Source of the DNA: Octopus bimaculoides
Taxonomy: Eukaryota
Length of the DNA stretch: 64,000 nt
Reading direction: 5' to 3'
Assembly (NCBI RefSeq): GCF_001194135.2
Contig: NC_068985.1
Span: 37,084,472-37,148,471 of the forward strand
The position numbers were made by a program, and so were the translations under genes. Below are positions 52,063 to 64,000 of the stretch, piece by piece. Under the pieces are notes generated by a model. That model saw only the letters and a list, made by a program, of their open reading frames with translations. It was not told the origin of the DNA and made no database searches. Positions within the stretch are counted from its first letter, which is position 1. Every line of letters begins with the position of its first letter.

Positions 52063-53098
52063 ACTTTATTGTGGAGCTCATTTGAATTTTGTTGAGCGTC
52101 AGTAATTAATAAAAGATTAAGTACGTTTATATGTATATTATTGTCGTAAAAGATTATTAGGGTTTAACCCAAGATATTTTTGATAAGTTAAATACCAATT
52201 GTAAATTCTCCGACTTCTACCTAGAACATTTTGTTGATCTCAGTAACATTTGCGTTATTATTTTCAGTCTGGTGTTTAGCAAAACTATATACCCTTCCCA
52301 GTAAAAAGTGATAGGAGTCAGCCAATATAAATAGACCAGTAGCCGGTCGTCAGGAGAGTGTCGAGAGTCGAAGAGTTGAGAGTCGGCAGTCAAAATCGGT
52401 GTATTGTGGAGGTATCAGCGATAGTAAGACAGAAGGAGTTAGTGTGTTCCTATCCCGGTACAAAGAGATGCAACGGTATCCGATGACTAGTAACTTTTGT
52501 GGCTACTAACGTAATTAGCAACTGCAACGGCAGTTACACATCATACCAGTGGGAGGAACCCACTTTACGACACAATCATTATGTAAATAGTTGTACCTTT
52601 AACGTATAAGGCAAATAAAATCTTGCATAAATAACATGATTAATCGTTGCATTTTATAAGTTATCTATGTTGATAAAAGCTTTTACAGTGATCAGTTCCT
52701 TATTACGTACCTTCGTAGACCGGAAGAAATATGCTTATATTATAATTTCATTCAAACAGTTTTTCTTCTATTAAATTCGGAGATAAAATTGATTGATTTA
52801 AAGAAAACTTTGACGTTAAATCTTAAACGGTTCTTCCAACTTTGATTTTATATATATAATAATTTGTTTCTAAATTTATTGTTTATCGTTTTTCGAATAA
52901 GCAAAAGCTTTCAACGCCCTACTTCCCTTCAGTTTTTGCATAAAAGTAAGAGAAGGGCGGCTCAACTAAAATTCAGTTAATTAGAGACTCTGCAGATTAT
53001 TATTAGAAGCAACTAAAACAATAACCGAGTTGACTTAAGATATAACTATGAGGAATGCATTTTTAAAAGGAATTATTATAACAATAAATAAAATTAAG

Positions 53099-53478
53099 AA
53101 GGCGGTGAGCTGGCAGACAAGTTAGCACCCCGGGCGAAATGCTTGGCGGTATTTCGTCTGTCGCTACGTCCTGAGTTCAAATTCCGCCGAGGTCGACTTT
53201 GCCTTTCATCCTTTCGGGGTCGATTAAATAAGTACCAGTTACGCACTGGGGTCGATATAATCGCCTTAATCCGTTTGTCTGTCCTTGTTTGTCCCCTCTG
53301 TGTGTAGCCCCTTGTGGGCAGTAAAGAAATGGGTATTTCGTCTGTCTTTACGTTCAAATTCCGCCGAAGTCGACTTTGCCTTTCATCCTTTTGGGGTCAA
53401 TAAATTGCGTACTGGGGTCGATTTAATCGACTGGCCCCTTCCCCCAAAATTTCGGGCCTTGTGCCTAGAGTAGAAAAG
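53099..53478 (+). mobile_element. SINE family A dimer (tail 1 unit followed by a more truncated tail 2 unit)
   Basis: 14-bp TSD aataaataaaatta at 53083-53096 and 53479-53492. Confidence 0.93.
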
Positions 53479-54280
53479 AATAAATAAAATTATGAATTTT
53501 TTTTTAAAGAGAAAATGTTACTTCAATACATCGGTTTACCAACACGTGTTTAGCTTAGCTATAATTTAACTTTTAAGTTTCACTTTGTAACATTGTAAAA
53601 GGGAAGTTAATTTAGGTTTCCTTTAGGTGAGAGGCAAGGCGAATTAGGAGCCAATAAGGCCTGCACACTGGATTATTGGCCTAAGGCTGCAGGCGTTCAT
53701 CTAACCACAACGTCACTTAAACTCTAACAACTGTTATGGCTGTACCAAAGTTGCCAAACGTAATTGGTCTTTAAATTGGCAAGCCATTTTCTCATGCAGT
53801 GTCATTAGGTTAATTAATTATAATTATAAACTAGCTTGGATACTCTACGCTAATTTTAAAATTAACTAGAATTTAGGTATCAGCTAGGTGACTATTTTCA
53901 TTAGCTACGTTGTTTTAAAATATGCTAAATCAAGCTATAAATTAGCTAAATTAGCAATCATTATTGGAAGGAAAGAAAGTTAATGTAGTAGCGAAGAGAG
54001 TGTAAATGCAGTCCCTGCGCAAAACGCCAACATGTAAACTAAATGAATGATTGAGCGAACGCACAACCTTCCCCCAACGCAAGTATTATCGAGGCACACT
54101 GTGGTAATTAAACCTTTAAAGCAAGCATTATGAATGCTTAGAATTTATTTTGATTAATTATTTTGATGAATTATTAGCTTTTCATTTGAATAAGGTTTTA
54201 AACAAGTATCACGAACTCAGGCTGTTTATGCGGGAGATCGTTATGCGAAATATCGCTGTGTATATATAAACATGTATATA

Positions 54281-54612
54281 CGTAGTTGGTTGTCAGATAA
54301 ATCCCAGAGTAATTTTCAATGAATTTCAATCCTTATTTTTCATCAACAATTTTAACAACTCAGTCAATATTATATTTTCCTTCATAGGTTCACAATTTCT
54401 TGTCAGCGTTCCCCTAGCTTGTTCAACGCCTTGACGATATAAATCGCCAGGTCTTAATTCGAAGAATTCAACTAACCACGTTTTCTGCTTCACGTGGTTG
54501 TTGAACGAAACGCCTCGTAGACTGTTGAAGAGTGACCGAAAAAAAGTAATAATATGAAGCTACAATGTCTGGCGAATAGATTGAGCGCGGTAGAACTTCC
54601 CAACCGAGCACT
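54281..54612 (-). mobile_element. Second mariner, 3' fragment with terminal repeat
   Basis: Minus strand gives LGWEVLPRSIYSPDIVASYYYFF, then after a +1 frameshift RSLFNSLRG.SF...KTWLVEFFE...YRQGVE. This matches the mariner LGWEVL.HPPYSPDLAPSDY.LFRSL.N.L C-terminus. The end ta-cgtagttggttgtcagataa is mariner TIR-like. Confidence 0.85.
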
Positions 54613-54769
54613 TAAATAGCATTTTTCATTAAATAACGAAATGAAGGCTATTTAAGTATTGTCGTATTGAAGAAGTACGCCGTCTCACCGGTTGAGTCGT
54701 TCAGCTGCATTGCCTCGTATGAATGTATGTATGTATGTGTGTATATACCAGCTATAGAACATGTGATCC

Positions 54770-55560
54770 GCGAGGAGGAACTCAACATACAGGTGGTTCA
54801 CACCAGCCCATACCTGTGGAAAGTTCTGTCGAGGAAAACTACCACAGAAAACATCGAGGGATGCACACTAACCAACTTCCCAATCAACGATATCAAAATA
54901 TGCTTGTGGGCCTATGTGGTACACAGAGTAGTGTGCAGTAAATATGGAGCATCCTACATCAGGTGTACCACTAGTAAATTGCACATCCGTATAAAAGAAC
55001 ACATGCACAGGGACACTTCAATAAAGAAATACCTAGACGTGCCAAACTCAGAATTTTATACCACTCACATTTCTTGGCCCTCTCTTTAACCCCCACTATT
55101 TCCGACTCGTTTATCTTCCCTGTACCTTTCTCTTTGTCTCTAATCTTTTTTCTAATCCTTCAATTCCGCTGTCCCCAACACATCTCTCCTCCTTCCACGT
55201 GACCGGTGTCCGGCCAGTCATGATCTTTGTTTCTTGGCCTGACTGCCCACCGTCAGCACCTCTTATGTCCATCTCCTATGTTCCTGCCTTTAAGCTTTCA
55301 CTTCATACACACCAGCTCAATTTGATTCGTTCTCAGTGGAAAGACCCCTGTTGTTATTTCTTGTTGTTTGTATTCGTAATTGTGTACCATGTTCTCTGCT
55401 TTTTTGTTTATTTGTTTGTTTGTTTTTTTTTGTTTGTCTTTGTTGCTGTACACATTCGCTGGCTTTCTTACAGAGGGGTCTAATGCTCTTAGTTTAGACA
55501 TTTTTGGGGGCTACCAGATCGAACCACCTCAAGTGTAACTGCACGAAAAGGTCATGACGT
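54770..55560 (+). mobile_element. Penelope-like element remnant (GIY-YIG endonuclease plus downstream terminal region)
   Basis: YVVHRVVCSKYGASYIRCTTSKLHIRIKEH (54913-55002) fits VVY.I.C..C...YIG.T.R.L..R..EH with substitutions at conserved C and G. The downstream part is repeated at 7594-7948. Confidence 0.75.
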
Positions 55561-55703
55561 CTGGGACTTGACTAATGAAAGAAAGCCACGAATGACCCGT
55601 CTTTCCTTGCCTGTCCTTCTAATTGTTGTTCCTCTTGTCCGCCTTTGTATCGTCTAACTGTCCGAACGTTTTAATGCCCTCTGTTACGCCTTTGTTGTCT
55701 GTG

Positions 55704-55738
<35 letters not shown>

Positions 55739-56489
55739 NNNNNNNNNNNNNNNNNNNNNNNNNNNNNNNNNNNNNNNNNNNNNNNNNNNNNNNNNNNNNN
55801 NNNNNNNNNNNNNNNNNNNNNNNNNNNNNNNNNNNNNNNNNNNNNNNNNNNNNNNNNNNNNNNNNNNNNNNNNNNNNNNNNNNNNNNNNNNNNNNNNNNN
55901 NNNNNNNNNNNNNNNNNNNNNNNNNNNNNNNNNNNNNNNNNNNNNNNNNNNNNNNNNNNNNNNNNNNNNNNNNNNNNNNNNNNNNNNNNNNNNNNNNNNN
56001 NNNNNNNNNNNNNNNNNNNNNNNNNNNNNNNNNNNNNNNNNNNNNNNNNNNNNNNNNNNNNNNNNNNNNNNNNNNNNNNNNNNNNNNNNNNNNNNNNNNN
56101 NNNNNNNNNNNNNNNNNNNNNNNNNNNNNNNNNNNNNNNNNNNNNNNNNNNNNNNNNNNNNNNNNNNNNNNNNNNNNNNNNNNNNNNNNNNNNNNNNNNN
56201 NNNNNNNNNNNNNNNNNNNNNNNNNNNNNNNNNNNNNNNNNNNNNNNNNNNNNNNNNNNNNNNNNNNNNNNNNNNNNNNNNNNNNNNNNNNNNNNNNNNN
56301 NNNNNNNNNNNNNNNNNNNNNNNNNNNNNNNNNNNNNNNNNNNNNNNNNNNNNNNNNNNNNNNNNNNNNNNNNNNNNNNNNNNNNNNNNNNNNNNNNNNN
56401 NNNNNNNNNNNNNNNNNNNNNNNNNNNNNNNNNNNNNNNNNNNNNNNNNNNNNNNNNNNNNNNNNNNNNNNNNNNNNNNNNNNNNNNNN

Positions 56490-56533
<44 letters not shown>

Positions 56534-57166
56534 TATATATGTACATATGCGTATACATGCATACACACAGTCACATACATACACACTCACACATATATGT
56601 CATATCATATCGCATCGTCATATCGTAGCCGTATATATGGCGAGAATATGTCTATAATACGTACATGCCTATATTAGTTGGTAAGTTGTATTACATTCTA
56701 AGGTCTCGACACATGTTTACTATTATCAATTGGCCGTATAAAAAAATACACGGTTTTCCGCCCCTAAAATCTGACTCTCTGCTTGTATATATGTATTTTG
56801 ATACATATACTTTAGTCGTTTCCATACCACATCTCGGCGGGAAATAGTTTATCTCTTGCTATGTTTTACAATTATTGCTAATTTCGCTGTAATCCAAAAT
56901 CACTTTTGGTTGGAAAAATAATATTTAAAAAGTAAATATGCTAAAATAAGTAACGAAACAAATAACCCTCTCTTACTATGAAAGTATGACATTAAAGACG
57001 TATAATTGCTGACGACTAATTATGATTAGGCACCACACCAATTATTTCGTAAAAGAATATGTTTGCATGCGTGTGCGTTTGTAAATAATATAAACATTTC
57101 ACTAGTTTAACGAGGACGAGTCATTGACAGTGGACTTGGTAGACGGAAACTAAAAGAAGCCTTTCC

Positions 57167-57257
<91 letters not shown>

Positions 57258-59064
57258 ACTTAAAGATATTACAAGGTATATTACAATGGACAAGTGGACT
57301 CTCACCTTTTATCACTCATGTTTCTCCNNNNNNNNNNNNNNNNNNNNNNNNNNNNNNNNNNNNNNNNNNNNNNNNNNNNNNNNNNNNNNNNNNNNNNNNN
57401 NNNNNNNNNNNNNNNNNNNNNNNNNNNNNNNNNNNNNNNNNNNNNNNNNNNNNNNNNNNNNNNNNNNNNNNNNNNNNNNNNNNNNNNNNNNNNNNNNNNN
57501 NNNNNNNNNNNNNNNNNNNNNNNNNNNNNNNNNNNNNNNNNNNNNNNNNNNNNNNNNNNNNNNNNNNNNNNNNNNNNNNNNNNNNNNNNNNNNNNNNNNT
57601 ATATATATACTTACAAGCCTACATATATATAATATATATGTGTGTGTGTGTGTGTGTGTGCGTGCGTGTAACCGATTGATTGCCTTCGTTATATTAGTGA
57701 TATTCAATTCCTTTTCACCGATTCAAAATTACGGAAATGCAAATTATATGGACTTTAAATCTTGGACTCCCAACATTAGTTAGTACTTATTGAATTGACC
57801 TCCCAAAGAAAAGAAAACTAGCATTTACCTGAACAGGATTTGAATTGAGAATGTGGAATGACGGAACTAACTTCTTTAATTCATTTAGTATCAAACTCTA
57901 CGGTTTCTACGATGATAACAGACAGGTTGAAAGGAGATTGTATAAAAAGGCATCTTCGATGTAAACGAAGGGAAATTGCTGGTCTCCAGTCAAGATTTAT
58001 GTTTGTTCGGAGGTTACATCTAATCTTTAACCGAATCACATTTCTGTAGCGTTAAACAAACGGCAATCTATTTCCTCAGGGATACGACGCCTGTCTGTTG
58101 TAGAGAACTTTCAGTACAGCCAGAAAAATCTTATTAGTTATTCAGTACAACGATAAGTTATTGCAGTGTGATACAGAATACACAAGTGAATTCAATAGAA
58201 GTATTTTGGATACGAAATGTTGACCACTCATTTATTTGATAAGCGATCGATTCGGCAATTTCCAACTGTAAAACGTTTTTCTGTTTATACCTAGGTGCAA
58301 TTGTTGATCTGCATTAGAAACTATTATTTTCAATTTAGCAAGTCTTCATGAAAAACAGCGTATAGATCGTTAAAAAGCATTGAATAATGTTTGGGGTAAC
58401 TTAGCTATGTTCGTTTGAATCGTTCTTACAATGTTACAGGTATTTATTCTCCATCAAATCTGACGAAATTAAATGAAAACTTAACTTTGTGTACAATTTG
58501 AAATCAGTACATAGAGACGCAATAACGTACTGTGAAGCATTTAATGTAATGTTCTCTTATTTCAATAATTCACAGCGGTTCTCGGATATTATATGACGTT
58601 TAACATATTTTCAGACCGTTTCGTGTAGCATACAGTTCGTGTATTTATTTCCATTAATGACACTCTTAAATGTTTTCCATATTTGTGCAGGTATCAGAAG
58701 TGTTTTGATAGATTTACCTGGATGAATTCTTGCTCAAGAAATCTTAGAGGTGCCGTGTTAGGTGTAATAATAATGATGACAAAAAGTAGAAGAGGGTGGA
58801 GGAGATAACAGTACCTGCTGCTGATGATGATAATGATGAGGAGGAGGAGGGGGGAGGACATTTGTTTTATTTGTCTCAAAAGCGAAAATAGATGATATTC
58901 AACATATAGGGTAAAGATTAAGGGATCGAAAACTATAGGAAATTAAGAAATGAAAAATGTATAGAATTATAAACTAAAATATCTTTTAAGAAAATATGCC
59001 ATGAAATTACAGCAGAAAATTAAGGGTAAAACAGTCCAGCTATTCTCAATTACTTTCCAGAAAT

Positions 59065-59170
59065 TTTATTGGAGCACATCCTACTTCACACTCCTGACCT
59101 TAGTTTTCATAGTTCCGACCACAACACTATAACCATCAGAAAGAAGAAAACTATCAACCGTTTCTTGTAA
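59065..59170 (+). pseudogene. Possible LINE AP-endonuclease C-terminal remnant
   Basis: ILLEHILLHTPDLSFHSSDHNTITI contains ID(H/Y)IL-like and SDH motifs. Short and weak. Confidence 0.35.
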
Positions 59171-60803
59171 AAAGGTGGCGATGACATGCGTTTAATATAA
59201 CTCCAAAATTCAGAAAAATTTAATACACTGAATGACAGAATGGTAATGGTTTCTCTGCTCTGCAGTGCCTCTAAAGTTTATCAAACGGCGTAGCAGATTA
59301 AAATCAACACATATCCGCAAGTAAGATTCTACACAGTGAAAGGGCTGATGATCTAAAGTCTTCATTGCTTAAATAGCATTCCAGACGACCAAACTTCATT
59401 CATGTTGGACCCAGGGATGTAGATCGGTCAAATACACTAGTTACAGAAAGAGTGTCTAACAAACGCTATTCACAGCTGCTCACTGGAAGGTTTCGTCATG
59501 TTATGCTGCAACATCTGTGCTGTGAGTGCTGGCCTTTGATGGGGCTTGAAAACGCATCTAAGGAAAGCAAAACTGCACATGTTCCAAAATAGTCAAATGC
59601 ACCGGGAGCAATGCAAAAACGTTAAGTGTTCTCAGATTATGAGAAATATACATGTGTCTACCACTTCCAGAGAGTGCATTCAATCAGCCAATTCCTGGTT
59701 GGTATCGGCAACCCTTTTCATTTCAGTTGCGCTTAATGTTCCAGACTGAGCGAGAAGCGGATGATTTAACAAAGTTCATGGTCCAGTGTCAAATGTAGGT
59801 CAGAAGGGAAATGCTTCTAAGCACATACCTGTTCTGGCTTATCCTGGTTAATGATCAAATTAAAAGGGGATGGGGACTCAAAACCAGAAAGAAATGGGGA
59901 AAAAACTAAATTCGAACGCAACAACGAATATACCGAAATTCTTAATGACCAACAAGATAGCGAAAATTGAAATAGAACAGCACATAGAAAGAATACACAC
60001 TGAAAATAAAAACAGAACAAGTGATTGCACATAAAAAGATGATCTATCACAGATCAATGAAAGCTTCAAAACAAAACCTCCCACGCGCAAAACATAACAT
60101 AACTACATGAAACTTCTCTTTTCATTCTCCTAAACTCGATGAAATAGGCACATACATGTTCAGGAACTGTTAGAGCTGTCGGAGATGTTTTTCAGTATTT
60201 GTTCCGAATCTTTGTGTTTTGAATTTTTGGGTGTTTGACTTAATCCATGATCCCGTATACAACAACAACGGAGATATCAGCTGCCTCTTTAGCGAAGTCC
60301 ACTCTGTTGATAAGTTTCACGATAGGTCTCTGGTTTGAGGATAACTACTTGCATTCATCCAACGTCTCAGATGCACTGAAGAAAATAGAGATCATAGGCG
60401 CTGCCCTTCCTTCATTAACTAAAACGGTAAAGAAACAGACATTCATGTACTTAAGAGAATTACTATGTTAATTTATAATATTGGGTCTTGGTTGGAGTAG
60501 AAAAATTGAATTATTTTGAGAAAAGTCGATTAAAATCAATGTTACGAAAATTGGATTTCTGTCATCTTAGAGAAAACGAATAAAGCGGAGGTCATTGTTT
60601 GAAATCGTTGATTAGATTCAGCTGTTTTCAAACAGCTAAATATATATGTTTTTTAAATGTGTTCAAAAAATTCTGTCACGTCTTTAGTTAATAGGAATAT
60701 AACTTCAGAAATACTTTTGTTTCTTCTGCATATCACTTTGTTCTCTATTAACACTTGTTTAAAACAACTGACATCTTTCACTTGCAATTGCTTCTGTATA
60801 TTT

Positions 60804-61010
60804 ATTTCTTTATTGCCCACAGGGGACTGAACATAGAAGGGACAAACAAGGACAGACAACAGGATTAACTGGCACTTATTTAATCGACCCCGAAAGGATG
60901 AAAGGCAAAGTCGACCTCGGCGGAACTTGAACTCAAAACGTAGTGACAGACGAAACACCGCTAAGCATTTCGCCCGGCGTGCTAACGATTCTACCAGCTC
61001 GCCGCCTTGT
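60804..61010 (-). mobile_element. SINE family A monomer with internal deletion
   Basis: 13-bp TSD cttctgtatattt at 60791-60803 and 61013-61025. Confidence 0.92.
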
Positions 61011-62875
61011 TACTTCTGTATATTTTGACATAAAATTTCAAAACAAAATCTCTACAAGGCCTTTAATTACAGTCAAAAAGAAACCCTAGAACAGAATTAC
61101 TTCATGTTATTTTAATATAGTTCAACCTTCGGTGGAAAATTAACCGTATAATGATCTTTTCTGCACTCTTTCTTCACTGATACACTCATCACATTTAACT
61201 CATCATCTATCGTTGTTCCAGTCTTTCTCATACACTGGCGATAATCCCTTTTATTTAAAACATTCTAAACACGGAATTATCTATTCCTGCTACTATTTCT
61301 CTGTCTTCCTCCCTACGTATCAACCTTGGACTTTATTATTATCTTGACACTCAATATCAGAAAGCTGACTGCAGTGAATATTTGTAATTATGGTTTGTTA
61401 TATGAGATCAAGATCAATAAATTTCAAAAGAAATTAGGTTATTATTTGTACACTTATCTTTCAGACATTTCATGACTTTTATAACATTTAACCTCCTTTG
61501 TTTATACGTGGTCTCTATCGCTCTGGTGCTTCGATAATCTTTTTAAACGTATTATCCGAGAATCAAACAGTATGAACATTTGTAATACATTAATTAGATG
61601 AGGTAAATATCAATAAAATTCAAACTAATTACTATATTACTTACACAGTTATGCTTCAGTCCTTTTCCCATTTTTGCGACATCATAATTTTTTTCCCTAT
61701 CACTATTCTGCTTATTGGCAGAATCGTTAGAGCCTCAGAAAACTGCCTTGCGGCATTTCTTCCCGCTCTTTACAATCTAATTCCTCTAACATTGATAAAA
61801 TTATCGCCAGTTATATACTGAGGTTGATTCGATCAACTATATTCTTTCCTTTACATATCGGTGGCCTTATTCCATGTCTTTTATGAGTTCTCTGCTACAT
61901 AAGATCGATGATACTTAAATTTTCGGTAACTCAAAACTCTATTTTACACAATGGCATTTAACTAACTTCCTCGTATATCGTTTCTAAAGGGGAAGACTAG
62001 CGATTTATTTTAATTAAAACGAAGCTAATTTTACGTAGAATTAATTTCTTATCAATATTTTCTTATAAGAACCTATCCGGCGGTAATTTGTTTTAGAGAT
62101 TTACATGCACTAGAGCACTCTATATTAATTTGTTTTTATGGAATTTACTAAAGAAAATATGGACATATGTGAAGAAATTGTATTTGATATTGGCGCCGTC
62201 GTTTTCTTATTTTAATCCCGACATATTTTTCTCTTTTTGGTTTGAGTATGTGTTTAAAATATGTTTGGATTTAGCTTGTATATATTTTTAAGAAAAAAAA
62301 AATGTGACCTTTCTAAATATACCACCCCACTATATCGCCCATTGATATTTACTTCCTCCTTGCGACTCGTAATGACGTCCAGTTTAAAAACAGCTGCCTG
62401 AGCTCAAGTCTCTCGATTTTCAGTGAGAGAAGTTTGTTACGAGAAAAGAAAGGATTTCTAAATAACGAAATATTTTCAGGAATTTCGTAAAAATGTAATG
62501 ATTAGTGCCAAAATTGAATGAAAAAGATACCTTGGATATTAAGCAAAAACAGAATCACATAAATCTGTCAAGCGAATGAAAGAAAACCACGGATAAAGAT
62601 AAGCACGAAATTGAATCCAGTGGAGGGATCTGTTTCGTTTTGATTTGCGATATTAGTCCCTTCTCATAAAGGAGCTGTGCCATTCTATATTTTATGAATG
62701 ATTAAAGAAAGCATTAATTAAGGCATTGCTTTATTATTGTTTGTGTGTGCCAATGAAAGTTATGTTCCATGTTATCATTGCAAGTATGGACAGATTAACG
62801 ATCATTTTAGTGCCAGCTATAGCGTGATAATAACAAGAATAACAATAAAACAAAGGAAATAGTGAAAACAATAAA

Positions 62876-63230
62876 AAAGATGACGACGACGACGATGATG
62901 ATGGTGACTACGATGACGACGATGACGACAATGATGATGATGGCAACGATGGTAGCGACGGTGGTAGTCATTATAGTTATGATGATAATGACGACGGTAG
63001 TAGTGATGATGGTGATGTTGGTGATGGTGATGATGATGATGGTGATGGTGATGATGGTGGTTGTGAGGATGGCGATGATGACAACGACAACGGCGGTGGT
63101 AGTGGCGGTGGAGGTAGTGGTAGTGGTGGCATTGTTGTTGGTGGTGGTGATGATGACGATGACGATGATGACACAGGTAGTGATGATAATGATGATGACA
63201 ACGACGACGACGACGACGGCGAGGATGATG

Positions 63231-63304
<74 letters not shown>

Positions 63305-63319
63305 GATGATGATGATGAT
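62876..63319. repeat. Compound trinucleotide array (GAT/GAC/GGT)n
   Basis: About 440 bp of degenerate triplets; explains the three overlapping low-complexity ORFs. Confidence 0.95.
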
Positions 63320-64000
63320 ACTGTCACCCTTCCCCGAAGCTACAACGCCTGTCATTGCGGTACTTCTCACAGCTGCTCTTGCTGCTACTGTTGCCACTGC
63401 TGCTGCTGCTGCTGCAGATAACAAACACCAGTGTAGTGGTGGGCATTTTGGGTTTATCACGCTGGTCACCGTCGCTCTCGTTGTAGTTGTTGCTATAGCC
63501 TCTGTTGTTGCTGCTTGCTATTTTGCTAGTCTTTGTCGCTTTATACCGAAATTAAAAAATATAAAGAAAAACACACAAACAGAAAAGCAAACAAACAAAA
63601 AATAAACGAACAAATAACTTGGGTTATAATAATTCCAAGAATAAAACTATAAATTCTAATAAATAAAGTGGATTTAATCTCCTTTAGAGCGTATTGTCAG
63701 GAAATGTTGCTAGTTTACAACTGAATGTAGGGAGATGATTAAAAAGTTTGGATTTTATAAAAGCATTTAAATTAATCACAGAATCAACATGTACTGTAAA
63801 AAGCAACAATCTTAATTTTGAGGACAGAAAGCGAGACTTATTCTTCTATGGATGGTTATAACTACGACTTAAGCTCTATGAACTGAAAATTACTACGGAT
63901 GCCGGTAAAGGCAACTTTTTAATCTGCAAATTTATAAATATTTTATTTTACATGTGAAACTTAAAATTCAGTACAAGAACCACCTCTCTCTCTCTCTCTC

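Noticed and set aside
47690-60310. 22-nt similarity (acagagt.gacttcgc.aaa) between about 47700 and 60300
   Set aside because: It does not extend, and matches of this length are expected by chance in 64 kb.
62862-63605. 247-aa Met-rich ORF with a hydrophobic tail
   Set aside because: It is entirely explained by the (GAT)n array and decayed GTT/GCT triplets.

Overview
This is eukaryotic, AT-rich, repeat-dominated DNA, most likely intronic or intergenic sequence from an octopus-type (coleoid cephalopod) draft assembly. The organism call is an inference from the SINE families and the microsatellite load. There are 16 N-gaps totalling about 5.7 kb, and most abut (TA)n, (CA)n or (ACCA)n arrays. 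I found no complete host gene, rRNA, tRNA gene or CRISPR array; nearly all listed ORFs are microsatellite or gap read-throughs. Recognisable content: (1) about 25 copies or fragments of four to five SINE-like families, several with clean target-site duplications (TSDs); (2) a 5'-truncated R4/Dong-clade LINE with CCHC and restriction-like endonuclease motifs, set in (TACA)n repeats; (3) an Expander/Rex3-like RTE 3' end and other decayed LINE pieces; (4) a full-length decayed mariner of 1287 bp and a second mariner 3' fragment; (5) a Helitron RepHel fragment; (6) a Penelope-like GIY-YIG fragment; (7) a probable Gypsy gag remnant; (8) hAT-, piggyBac- and Harbinger-like MITEs. The best second-look items are the microsatellite-embedded R4 LINE with a duplicated 3' end, a minimal hammerhead-ribozyme-like motif (21173-21205), a perfect 26-bp hairpin (14002-14059), the modular and dimeric SINE family A, and a few weak exon candidates. 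All family names come from motif recognition by eye; no database searches were run, and coordinates of decayed elements are approximate.
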